Positions 28,746 to 38,146 of a DNA stretch of 64,000 nt are shown one piece after another. This DNA comes from Alphaproteobacteria bacterium (GTDB lineage Bacteria; Pseudomonadota; Alphaproteobacteria; SP197): contig OZ219919.1 of the NCBI GenBank assembly GCA_964291415.2, positions 116,021-180,020 on the forward strand, read 5' to 3'. The notes beneath the pieces are model-generated. The model was given only the letters and a program-made list of their open reading frames with translations, searched no databases and had not been told where the DNA came from. A program made the position numbers and the translations under genes. How positions within the stretch are numbered: the first letter of the stretch is position 1; each line of letters opens with the position of its first letter.

Positions 28746-30179
28746 GTGAGCAGATTCGATACCATCGTTCGGGGAGGTATGGTGGCGACGTCAGCCGCCG
28801 TCGTCAGGTGCGACATCGGCATTCGCGAAGGCCGCATCGCGGCTCTGGCAGATTCACTGGAAGGCGCCGATCATGTGATCGATGCCGGGGGGCGAACGGT
28901 GACCCCCGGTGGCGTTGACAGTCACTGTCACATCGATCAGCCCAGCAGGAATGGATCGGTATGCGCCGACGACTTCCTGACCGGCACACGCTCGGCGCTT
29001 GCCGGCGGCACGACCACGGTGATTCCCTTTGCCTTGCAGTTCAGGGGTCAGAGTCTCAGAGAGGCCGTGAACGAGTACCGCGGGCGCGCCGAGAACCGAG
29101 CGATGACCGACTACGCGATTCACATGATCGTCGTTGATCCCAACGAGCACGTCCTGGGCCAGGAAATGCCGGGATTGATCCGGGACGGCTACACCTCCTT
29201 CAAGATCTACATGACGTACGACGGCCTCATGCTGAATGACCGCGAGATCCTGGACGTGCTGGCGCTGGCTCGCCGTGAACGGGCCTTCGTGATGGTGCAT
29301 GCCGAAAATGGCGATTGCATCAGCTGGCTGACCGATCGGCTGGAGCAGTCGGGAAAGATTGCGCCGAAGTACCATGCCCATTCGCGTCCGCGGCCCGTCG
29401 AGCGCGAAGGCACGCACCGGGCCATCACCCTGGCCGAACTCCTGGATGTGCCGATACTGCTGGTGCACGTTTCCGCTCGTGACGTGGTGGACGAAATCCA
29501 CAGGGCCCGGGCCCGGGGTCTCAAGCTGTTTGCGGAAACCTGTCCGCAGTACCTGTTCCTTACCGAGGATGACCTCGACAAGCCCGGCTTCGAGGGCGCC
29601 AAGTGCGTCTGCAGCCCGCCTCCCCGGGACAAGGCCAACCAGCAGGTGATCTGGGATGGACTTCGCAACGGAACCTTCGACGTGTTGTCTTCCGATCATG
29701 CCCCGACCCGTTTCGAGGGTCCCGGCGGAAAGAAGATGCACGGTGAAGACGCTTCGTTTCGCTGGATCCCGAACGGTGTGCCGGGCCTTGAGACCCGCAT
29801 GCCGCTTCTCTTCTCGGAAGGAGTCGGCAAGAACGTCATCAACCTCGAGCGATTCGTGGAACTGACAGCCACGACACCCGCCAAGCTCTACGGGCTGTAT
29901 CCCCAAAAGGGCACGATAGCAGTCGGTTGCGACGCCGACATCGTCATCTGGGATGATTCGCGAGAGGTGACCATCAGCAACGACCTGCTTCACCACAACG
30001 TCGACTACACGCCGTACGAGGGAATGAACATCACGGGATGGCCGGCGATCACGCTGTCGCGCGGTGAAGTGGTCTGGGCGGACGGCGAGATACGGGCCGA
30101 GCCGGGACGGGGCGAGTTTCTGCCCTGCGGGTATCCGGAGTCCGCTGTGCCGCTTGGCCGTCCCGTCGCTCAGATCTGA
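28746..30179 (+). CDS. hydA: Dihydropyrimidinase/D-hydantoinase
   Basis: PGGVDSHCH, GGTTT, SFKIYMTY, VHAEN, ETCPQYL, CSPPPR, SSDHAP, DYTPYEG. Confidence 0.93.
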   Translation: MSRFDTIVRGGMVATSAAVVRCDIGIREGRIAALADSLEGADHVIDAGGRTVTPGGVDSHCHIDQPSRNGSVCADDFLTGTRSALAGGTTTVIPFALQFRGQSLREAVNEYRGRAENRAMTDYAIHMIVVDPNEHVLGQEMPGLIRDGYTSFKIYMTYDGLMLNDREILDVLALARRERAFVMVHAENGDCISWLTDRLEQSGKIAPKYHAHSRPRPVEREGTHRAITLAELLDVPILLVHVSARDVVDEIHRARARGLKLFAETCPQYLFLTEDDLDKPGFEGAKCVCSPPPRDKANQQVIWDGLRNGTFDVLSSDHAPTRFEGPGGKKMHGEDASFRWIPNGVPGLETRMPLLFSEGVGKNVINLERFVELTATTPAKLYGLYPQKGTIAVGCDADIVIWDDSREVTISNDLLHHNVDYTPYEGMNITGWPAITLSRGEVVWADGEIRAEPGRGEFLPCGYPESAVPLGRPVAQI

Positions 30180-30289
30180 CGGGCCGGCCTTCGCTTCCAT
30201 CCTGCGATGTCCTCTGACCCGGGGTCCACTGCAGGCGCTCGCCGCTGAGTCGTGGATGAGGTGTCTGGCTGGCAGCACAGGGCATGATC

Positions 30290-30345
30290 AGCCTGGCTCG
30301 CGGACGCCGCAGAACCGCCTCGACCAGCTCCTGCCCTGGAACTCG
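30290..30345 (+). mobile_element. IS66 transposase C-terminal relic
   Basis: TPQNRLDQLLPWN matches the characteristic IS66 TnpC C-terminus. The rest of the gene is absent. Confidence 0.6.
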
Positions 30346-30728
30346 TGGCCGCACCGGATTGCGGCAAGAGATGATCCTGAGCGGACCTGATGAAGGCCGC
30401 GACCTGTCCCCCCTTCAACGCCTGGCAGACACCTTGACAGCCCTGGGATGTCGCTCCATCTTTCGGGGCACCCACTGGCGATAGGGTTATATCAGGGCCG
30501 CAGTTCCGTCTTCACGGAGGAACGCATGGCTCAGGTCGCTTTTTCCCTTCCCGACTCTGCACCCGGCAACGATCGGGCGAATGTCCCCTTTCGACGGTGC
30601 GGGTGTTTGCTCCGATGTTCCTCGAGGATGCCACGCCGGGCGCGCAGGCGCCTTGCGACGGCTTTCAATTCGCGCGCCTCATGGGGGCGAATCGCGGGGA
30701 ACCCTGCCCTTGACGAGGGAGGCGAGCG

Positions 30729-31616
30729 ATGAGCGAGAAGGCGGACCGACTGAGGACGACACCGTTGCATCCCGAGTTTGGCGTCGAGGTGCACGATGTC
30801 GATTTGCGCGACGTCACGGCGGATCGCATGTACCCGGCAATCCGTGCCCTGTTTGAGCGGCATTCGCTGTTGCTGTTCGCGGAACAGCACCTCAACGACC
30901 GCGAGCATCTCGCCTTCGGTCGGCTGTTCGGGCCCATCGAAGACCGCTCCAACACGCGCATGGATGGCGAGCCGCGCATATCCTACGGCGTCAGCAACCA
31001 GACCGAGGATGGCGGCGTCTGCGATGAAGACGACCTGCGTCTGCTCGGCTTGAAAGCCAACATGCTGTGGCACACAGACAGCACCTTCCTGCCGACGCCG
31101 GCATTGGCCAACGTGCTGCAGGCGCGAGTCGTGCCTCAGGAGGGCGGTGCCACCGAGTTTGTTTCGACCAGGGCCGGGTTCGGGACACTCGAGCCAGCCA
31201 TGCAGCGGCGGCTGCGCGGCATGACATGTCACCATCGCTACAGTCACTCACGGGCCCGAATCGATCCGGAGCTGGCCAAGCAGGACCTCTTCACCATGTG
31301 GCCGGATACCGAATGGCGCGCGGTGTGGCGCAATCCGGTGACCGGCGCCGAGGCGGTCTATGTCGCTTCGCATGCCTTTGCGGCGAGCGGCATGGACGCC
31401 GACGAGGGCCAGACGTTCATCGACGATCTGATCGAACGCATGACCGGGCCGGGCCACGTCTATGCCCATCACTGGCGTCCGGGAGACGTGCTGGTTTGGG
31501 ACGAGCGCGCCACTCTGCACCGCGGCACACCCTGGCCCTACGATCAGGCACGAACGCTGGTGAGCTGTTGCATCTCGGCCGGCGATGCCGATGGCTTGTC
31601 CGCGATGCGTCCATGA
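30729..31616 (+). CDS. TauD/TfdA family Fe(II)/2-oxoglutarate dioxygenase
   Basis: PLHPEFGVEV, WHTDSTF, GGATEF, GDVLVWDERATLHR. Confidence 0.92.
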   Translation: MSEKADRLRTTPLHPEFGVEVHDVDLRDVTADRMYPAIRALFERHSLLLFAEQHLNDREHLAFGRLFGPIEDRSNTRMDGEPRISYGVSNQTEDGGVCDEDDLRLLGLKANMLWHTDSTFLPTPALANVLQARVVPQEGGATEFVSTRAGFGTLEPAMQRRLRGMTCHHRYSHSRARIDPELAKQDLFTMWPDTEWRAVWRNPVTGAEAVYVASHAFAASGMDADEGQTFIDDLIERMTGPGHVYAHHWRPGDVLVWDERATLHRGTPWPYDQARTLVSCCISAGDADGLSAMRP

Positions 31617-32944
31617 AACAGCACACCCCCCGGCAGCTGTTGTCAGCGCAGGCAGGCGAGCCCTTGGCCCTGCGCAACCTGCGCCTCCCCCAGGGAACGG
31701 TGCCGACGGCCGGCCTGCCGCAGGTCGGCGACGGCCTGCTGGGTGCCGACATGGTGATTGCCGAAGGGCGCATCGACTGGCTTGGTCCGCCGGCCAGCCG
31801 CGACGACCTGCCGGACGGCCTCGATATGGCAAGAGCCATGGCCTGGCCGGGACCGGTCGACTGCCACACCCACCTGGACAAGGCGCTGGTGTGGCAGCGC
31901 TCGCCGAATGCGGACGGCACGTTCGACGGCGCCTCGGCCAGCGCCAGTCGGGATGCGGCCGCCTATCACAGCGCAGACGATGTCCGGCAAAGGGCCGACT
32001 TCGCACTCAACACGGCCTTTGCCCACGGCACCACGGCGATCCGCAGCCACGTGGATTCCGGCCGTTCCTCGTTCGCACTGGCCTTTGCCACCCTCTGTGA
32101 ACTGGCCGATGACTGGCGCGATCGGATTGCGCTCCAGGTCTGCCCCTTTGTGGGCATAGACGAGCACCCTGACTGGATCCGCGAAGTGGCGGAACGGGCG
32201 CGCCACGATCATGCCGGCATCCTGAGCGTCTTCGTGCCTGCGAATGTGGAACTCGACCGCGCGCTCGACGACGTCATGGCGATCGCCGGGCGTTACGGCC
32301 TGGAGCTCGACTTGCATGCCGATGAGGTTCTCGATCCGGAATCCAGGGGCCTCGACGCCATCGCCAGAGCGGTGTTGCGCAACGGGTTCGATCGACCGGT
32401 GCTGGTCGGGCATTGCTGCGCCCTGTCGGTGCAACCGCCACAGACGCTCGAGCGCACGCTTGAACGGGTGGCAAGGGCCGGCATCGGCGTCGTCTCGCTG
32501 CCGCTTTGCAATGCCTATCTCATGGATCGCCGGACCGGCGAAACGCCGCGCTATCGCGGCTGCGCTCCGGTGCACGAAATGCGCAAGCACGGCATTCCGG
32601 TGGCCATCGCGTCGGACAACGTACGCGACGCGTTCTACGCCTACGGCGATCACGATGTCCCGGAACTCTTTCGTGACGCCGTACGCATGATGCAGCTCGA
32701 TCATCCGCTCGGCGACTGGGCGATGGCCGTGACGACGACCGCGGCAGACCTCATGGGTCTGCCCGGTCGCGGCAGGCTGGAACCAGGCGCGCCGGCCGAT
32801 CTCATCCTCTTCACGGCGCGCAACTGGGGCGAATTCATCTCCCGTCCGCTGTCGGATCGAATCGTCCTGCGCGGCGGATACCCGATCGATGCGACCCCGC
32901 CCGACTATCGACACCTGGACGACATGAAAGGAATGCGGATATGA
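31613..32944 (+). CDS. Cytosine/pterin deaminase-like amidohydrolase
   Basis: VDCHTHLDK, HGTTAIRSHVD, DLHADE, GHCCALS, SDNVRD.FY.YGD. Confidence 0.85.
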   Translation: MKQHTPRQLLSAQAGEPLALRNLRLPQGTVPTAGLPQVGDGLLGADMVIAEGRIDWLGPPASRDDLPDGLDMARAMAWPGPVDCHTHLDKALVWQRSPNADGTFDGASASASRDAAAYHSADDVRQRADFALNTAFAHGTTAIRSHVDSGRSSFALAFATLCELADDWRDRIALQVCPFVGIDEHPDWIREVAERARHDHAGILSVFVPANVELDRALDDVMAIAGRYGLELDLHADEVLDPESRGLDAIARAVLRNGFDRPVLVGHCCALSVQPPQTLERTLERVARAGIGVVSLPLCNAYLMDRRTGETPRYRGCAPVHEMRKHGIPVAIASDNVRDAFYAYGDHDVPELFRDAVRMMQLDHPLGDWAMAVTTTAADLMGLPGRGRLEPGAPADLILFTARNWGEFISRPLSDRIVLRGGYPIDATPPDYRHLDDMKGMRI

Positions 32945-34350
32945 GCCGCATCGAGGCGCTTACGGAACGAATCGGCGACATCCCGATCACCACGCGTGCG
33001 AACGTGGTCCGCGGGAAGAGCCGCGATTCGTTCTGGTATTCGCCGGTTCTCAAGGAGAAGCTCAAGGACGTCACGGCAGAGGCCGTCGTCTCGCCGCGCA
33101 GCGAGGAGGATCTGCTGCAGGTCCTGGCCGCATGCTGGGATCTGGACATTCCGGTCACCCCGCGCGGCGGCGGCACCGGAAACTACGCCCAGGCCGTGCC
33201 TCTTGCAGGCGGCGTCGTGCTGGACATGAAGCCGATGAACCGGATCAAGTCGATCGGCGACGGCGTTCTCGTTGTCGAACCGGGAGCCGTGTTGAGCAGG
33301 ATTGAGGCGCAAACGCGCGAACACAGCGGGCAGGAGCTGCGCATGCATCCCTCAACGCGTGAAACCGCGACCATCGGCGGCTTCATTGCCGGAGGGTCGG
33401 GCGGCGTCGGATCGATCCGCTGGGGCATGCTGCGCGAACCCGGCAACCTCTTGCGCCTGCGCCTGGCGACCCTCGAGGAAGAACCTCGCCTGATCGACCT
33501 GACCGGCGATGACATCGCGATCGTCCATCATTCCTACGGCGTGAACGGCATCATCACCGAGGTCGAACTACCCCTCGCGCCGGCCCAGAACTGGGTCGAA
33601 CTGCTGGTCTCCTTCGACGACTGGATGACCGCGGTGCGGGCGGGATGGGCGGTTGCCCATCATGAAGGTCTGTGGCTGAAGCAACTCGCGGCGATTCAGG
33701 TGCCGGCTCCCTACCAGTACTTCACACGCCATCGCAAGTTTCTGCAGGAGGGCGACAGCCTGCTGTGCATCCTCGCCGCGCCCAACGCCACAGGGCCGCT
33801 GCTGGACCTGTTGCAGAACGATGGCGGACGCATCGCCTTTCGCTCTGACAGGGCAAGCGACGAGGACAGGAAGGGCCTGCCGCATCTCTATCACCTGACC
33901 TGGAACCACACGACTCTGCTGGCGCTGAAGAACAACCCCGCAATGACCTATCTGCAGGTCGGCACGCCAGAGGAGGATCCGCTGGGCGCGGTGGAGGACA
34001 TCGCGCGGCGCTTTCCAGGCGAAATCATCGGTCACGTCGAATACGTACGGGCCGCGGGCCGTCTCTATGCGAGCCTGCTGCCGCTGTATCGTTACAGCAG
34101 CGAGGCACGCCTTGTGGAGGTCATCGGGAACCTCGAGGCCATGGGCTGCCCCTGCTACAACCCGCATGTCTACACCTACGAGGAAGGCAATCACTGCGAT
34201 GCGGACCAGGCGCGGCTCGATATGAAGCGATGCACCGACCCGAAGGGGCTCCTGAATCCGGGCAAGATGATTGGCTGGGAACACCCCGACTACTCCTATG
34301 ATCCGACCGGCAACTACGAATACGCAGGCCTGCGCGGGGCTGCGCCATGA
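32941..34350 (+). CDS. FAD-binding oxidoreductase (GlcD/FAD_binding_4 type)
   Basis: PRGGGTGNY, ATIGGFIAGG, GIITEV, DPKGLLNPGKM. Confidence 0.9.
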   Translation: MSRIEALTERIGDIPITTRANVVRGKSRDSFWYSPVLKEKLKDVTAEAVVSPRSEEDLLQVLAACWDLDIPVTPRGGGTGNYAQAVPLAGGVVLDMKPMNRIKSIGDGVLVVEPGAVLSRIEAQTREHSGQELRMHPSTRETATIGGFIAGGSGGVGSIRWGMLREPGNLLRLRLATLEEEPRLIDLTGDDIAIVHHSYGVNGIITEVELPLAPAQNWVELLVSFDDWMTAVRAGWAVAHHEGLWLKQLAAIQVPAPYQYFTRHRKFLQEGDSLLCILAAPNATGPLLDLLQNDGGRIAFRSDRASDEDRKGLPHLYHLTWNHTTLLALKNNPAMTYLQVGTPEEDPLGAVEDIARRFPGEIIGHVEYVRAAGRLYASLLPLYRYSSEARLVEVIGNLEAMGCPCYNPHVYTYEEGNHCDADQARLDMKRCTDPKGLLNPGKMIGWEHPDYSYDPTGNYEYAGLRGAAP

Positions 34351-34763
34351 GAAGCCTCAATCCCGCGGCAATCCAGCCGCCCTTTGCGGCCTACTCCCAC
34401 GGCGTCGAGGTCAGGGTCCGGCATTGGGTGGTGACCTCTGGCCAGCTTGGCATAGGGCCGGACGGAACCATCCCCGAAACGGCCGAAGCACAGGCTAGGC
34501 TCTGCTTCGAGAACATCGACGTGATACTCGCTGAAGCCGGCGTCGCCCGCGAGCACATCGTGCGGCTCAACGCCTACGTGACCGACCGCGCCCACATGGC
34601 CGGCTACATGGCAGCCCGTGACGCCTATCTGGCAAGGAGACCGGACAAGCCGGCCTCCACGCTCATGATCGTCTCGGGATTCAGCCGGCCGGAGTTTCTT
34701 GTCGAAGTCGAAGCCATCGCCGCCAAGGAGGACCAGGATGCCGAGCAGACGTTTCTGGCGTGA
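34347..34763 (+). CDS. RidA/YjgF family protein
   Basis: YSHGV, SGQLG, PASTL..VEVEAIA. Confidence 0.9.
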   Translation: MRSLNPAAIQPPFAAYSHGVEVRVRHWVVTSGQLGIGPDGTIPETAEAQARLCFENIDVILAEAGVAREHIVRLNAYVTDRAHMAGYMAARDAYLARRPDKPASTLMIVSGFSRPEFLVEVEAIAAKEDQDAEQTFLA

Positions 34764-35532
34764 GATGCCAACCACCGAATTCGACGGCGATATCTCCGAA
34801 TGGATCGCCGTCCTGCCGCTTGCCGCCATCGAGCAGCACGGGCCGCATCTGCCGGTCGGCGTCGATGCCCTCATCGCCGAGGGCATGGTCGAACGCTGCG
34901 CCGCCGCCTTGCCGGCGGACAGTCCCGTCACCTTCCTGCCTCTGGAGGAGATCTGCAAGTCCAACGAACACCTTGGATTTCCCGGGACGCTGACTCTGGA
35001 CTGGGACACGACGGTCCACAGCTGGCTCGAAATCGGCGAGTCCGTCGCGCGGGCCGGCGTCCGCAAGCTCGTTCTCGTCACCAGCCATGGAGGCAACGTC
35101 GCCCCGATGGAGATCGTCGCGCGCGAACTGCGGGTCAGACACTCCATGCTCGTCGTCACCACGAGCTGGTCGCGTCTCGGCGCGTGGCAGGACATCTACG
35201 ACTACGGCCCGGTCTTCACGGATATCCATGGCGGCAACAGCGAAACCTCGGTGATGCTGGCGCTGCGCCCCGATCTGGTTGACATGTCCAGGGCCGCAGA
35301 CTTCGCCAGCACGCAATCGGACATGAAGGCGCGTCACCGACGGGTCGGCTATCACGGATCGGATGCGAACGTTGCCTGGATGTCGCACGACCTGAATCCC
35401 GAAGGCGTGGTGGGCGACGCCACGGCCGCATGCGCCGACAAGGGCGAACGGGACGTCGCGTCCATGGTTGCCGGCTTCTGCGAACTGATGAAGGAAGTCG
35501 AGGCAACCGCGCCACCCAGTTCGAGGGCTTGA
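34738..35532 (+). CDS. Creatininase family amidohydrolase
   Basis: EQHGPHLPVGVD, SNEH..FPGTL, SHGGN, HGGNSETS, GVVGDA. Confidence 0.9.
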   Translation: MPSRRFWREMPTTEFDGDISEWIAVLPLAAIEQHGPHLPVGVDALIAEGMVERCAAALPADSPVTFLPLEEICKSNEHLGFPGTLTLDWDTTVHSWLEIGESVARAGVRKLVLVTSHGGNVAPMEIVARELRVRHSMLVVTTSWSRLGAWQDIYDYGPVFTDIHGGNSETSVMLALRPDLVDMSRAADFASTQSDMKARHRRVGYHGSDANVAWMSHDLNPEGVVGDATAACADKGERDVASMVAGFCELMKEVEATAPPSSRA

Positions 35533-35547
35533 ATCGGGGGAATCGAC

Positions 35548-36039
35548 ATGGAAACGATGGTCGCTATCGCCCAAACCTGTCTGACAGCCTATCTGGGAGC
35601 CTGGCTGCTGCTCGGCGTCCGGGACAACATCGTCCATCCCTCGATGAACGGCACGGGCACGAGGGAGGTGCTGGAACTCACGCGACTGAAGGAGGAGTAT
35701 CCCGAGGACTACGCGCTGATCGAGGGCCGGCGCGTCACCAACCATGCCCTGCAGCGGGCGATCTTTGTCTTCATCGTCTGCTGCGAGGTGCTGGTCTGTC
35801 TCGTGTTGTGGGGCGCCACGCTGTGGATGGCGCTTGCCCTTGGCGGACTTGCGGATCTGGAGCAGGCCAGGGCCGCCGCGCTGGCCGGCACGCTCGGATT
35901 CACCTCGATCTGGTCAGGGTTCCTGATCGTGGGCAATCACTTTGCCTACTGGTACTGCCATCAGTGGTCCCAGAACACGCACTTTCAGATGGTGCTGTGG
36001 GGCATCGGCACCATGGTGTTCCTTGCCATTCCTCAATAG
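35548..36039 (+). CDS. Small membrane protein, DUF2165-like
   Basis: Several hydrophobic segments, DNI..P..N, GFLIVGNHFAYW. Confidence 0.6.
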   Translation: METMVAIAQTCLTAYLGAWLLLGVRDNIVHPSMNGTGTREVLELTRLKEEYPEDYALIEGRRVTNHALQRAIFVFIVCCEVLVCLVLWGATLWMALALGGLADLEQARAAALAGTLGFTSIWSGFLIVGNHFAYWYCHQWSQNTHFQMVLWGIGTMVFLAIPQ

Positions 36040-36072
36040 AGCGCCAATGCCGTCAGCTTTCCGACCCTGTGG

Positions 36073-37389
36073 TCATCTCGCAGGCCTGTGGCGTGGTGTC
36101 GCAATGCCGTACTCCCGCAGAGTGCTTTCCACGCTCGGCCGTCGAAGTCGAACTCTTCCGTCATTCAACAGATAGGAAAACACGTACCCCAGACCCAGGA
36201 TCAGCACGCCGATGAGGAAGCAATAGATGATGGCGCGGTCAGGGTACTGATCCTTGAGATACCCGATGTAGAGGGGACCACAAACCCCCGCAGCCGCCCA
36301 GGCCGTCAACATCACTCCGTAGACCGACGACATTCTCCGCGTCCCGAACACATCCAGAATGAACGACGGCATCGTCGCAAAACCGCCGCCAAAGCAGAGA
36401 AGGATGTAACAGACAAGAATCGAGAAAATCCACGGATCTCGCTCGGTCATCAAGATTCCGAAAACGATCATCTGGCTGGCAAGCAGAATTCTGAACACGC
36501 GGACACGACCAATTCGATCCGAGAGCAACCCCCAGAAGAGTCGTCCGACGCCGTTGCAGATCGAGCTTGCGGCAATCAGGGTCGCGCCATATTCGGCGAG
36601 AGTTTCCGGCTCCACCGACGGATCGGCAAGCCCCCAGACGTCCTGAAGCAAGGGTGACTGAAAGCTGATGACGGCAATTCCCGCAGCAATATTGAAGAAA
36701 AACACAATCCACATCACCGCGAATTCACCCGAACGCAGGCAGCGCGCGGTCGAACCGGGATCCTCCTCCAGTTCACCTGTCGTCCCGCTGCTGCGGAAAC
36801 GCCTCGTGAATTCCGGCGGTGGATCCCTCAAAGCCCAGCTGCACGGGAGCAACACAGCGGCAAACACCACTCCGAGCCATATGAAGACGAGCGGCAAGTC
36901 GCCCTTCGTCTCGACCACCAGCAAGGGCGCAAGTCCCTTGCTCAGGACAACCGCTCCTATCCCGAAGCCCATGACGACAATGCCGGTGGCCAATCCCTTG
37001 CGATCCGGAAACCACTTGGCAACCGTGGCCACGGGTGTGACGTAGCCGAGCCCGATGCCGGCACCCCCGATGACGCCGTAGCCAAGATAGAAGAGCAGGA
37101 GGCTCTCAATGTGCAGTGCGAACCCCGCCAGGACATAGCCTCCCGAGAACATCACGCTCCCGGCGAGCGCCAGTCGGCGGGGACCGAGCTTCGGCAAAAG
37201 CATGCCTGCGCCTGCAGCGGACATGCCGAGCGAAAATATGGTGATGCTGAACGCCACCGCCGTGTCCGTAAACGACCAGCCCAGCTGCCTGACCAGGAGC
37301 GTCTGAAAGAAGCTCCATGCGTAGACGGTGCCCAGACACACCTGAAGCAGGGTACAGCAAAGGATCGCAACTACACGTGATTGTGTCAT
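36073..37389 (-). CDS. MFS transporter, oxalate/formate antiporter (OFA) family
   Basis: LGTVYAWS, GIGLGYVTPV..KWFPDRKGLATG..GFG, NGVGRLFWG.LSDRIG. Confidence 0.9.
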   Translation of the reverse strand: MTQSRVVAILCCTLLQVCLGTVYAWSFFQTLLVRQLGWSFTDTAVAFSITIFSLGMSAAGAGMLLPKLGPRRLALAGSVMFSGGYVLAGFALHIESLLLFYLGYGVIGGAGIGLGYVTPVATVAKWFPDRKGLATGIVVMGFGIGAVVLSKGLAPLLVVETKGDLPLVFIWLGVVFAAVLLPCSWALRDPPPEFTRRFRSSGTTGELEEDPGSTARCLRSGEFAVMWIVFFFNIAAGIAVISFQSPLLQDVWGLADPSVEPETLAEYGATLIAASSICNGVGRLFWGLLSDRIGRVRVFRILLASQMIVFGILMTERDPWIFSILVCYILLCFGGGFATMPSFILDVFGTRRMSSVYGVMLTAWAAAGVCGPLYIGYLKDQYPDRAIIYCFLIGVLILGLGYVFSYLLNDGRVRLRRPSVESTLREYGIATPRHRPAR

Positions 37390-37395
37390 TTCAGA

Positions 37396-38145
37396 CTACT
37401 CGTCGCTGCGATCCGACGTGGACTGCCGTCTGGTTCCATGACCGTCTGTCGCTCGCGAAAAATGCAGAATCAGCCGTGCCAGATCGCCGGCTTCGTCATT
37501 GCGCGCCAACAACTTCTCACGCGTGGCGCCGTCAGCCGATTGTTCTTTCGCGAGCCCGACCGCGAAGCTCAGCAGTCCGTCAACCGGCTTAGCCGCAAAA
37601 TTGACGAACCAAATCGCGGCAAAAACCCCGACAACGAAAATCATGCACATGAGGTAGACTTGCTGACCGATTGCTCTCTGGATCTTCAAGGCGATCAACC
37701 CGGTGTCCATGCCTATGTGCACCGTACCAGCCACGCCCGCCAGGATCGGGCTCGCCACTTCAATGAAGTCGCCCATACCGGGCAAGCTGCGTTCCACCGT
37801 CGTCGTACTTGTCACGTCACCAGCCCTGATTTGCTCCGGAATGCCCGGGACGAAGGTATGGGCAAGGATCTCGCCGGTTTCACTGACAATGTAGATGTAG
37901 CTTACGCCCTGAATCTCGATGAATTGATCAATCAGGGACTGCAAGGCGGTCAGGTTGCTGTTCAACAGGATATCGACACTGGCATCCGCAATCGTCTTCG
38001 CAATTCCCTTGCTGTTCTCCTCGTATTCCTTGGACAAATGTGTATCGACCGCATAAATGCTCAGCCAGGATGTCGACACGCCGATCACACCAAACAGGAA
38101 GAAAACGCCAAAGAGTGTCCGTCGGAAGAGTTTCGGTATTTTCAT
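37396..38145 (-). CDS. Two-TM membrane sensor with periplasmic domain and HAMP, no output domain
   Basis: TM1 (TLFGVFFLFGVIG), Cache-like YIYIVSETGEILAHTF, TM2, HAMP-like KPV..L...RNDEAGDLAR. Confidence 0.75.
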   Translation of the reverse strand: MKIPKLFRRTLFGVFFLFGVIGVSTSWLSIYAVDTHLSKEYEENSKGIAKTIADASVDILLNSNLTALQSLIDQFIEIQGVSYIYIVSETGEILAHTFVPGIPEQIRAGDVTSTTTVERSLPGMGDFIEVASPILAGVAGTVHIGMDTGLIALKIQRAIGQQVYLMCMIFVVGVFAAIWFVNFAAKPVDGLLSFAVGLAKEQSADGATREKLLARNDEAGDLARLILHFSRATDGHGTRRQSTSDRSDE

Positions 38146-38146
38146 G

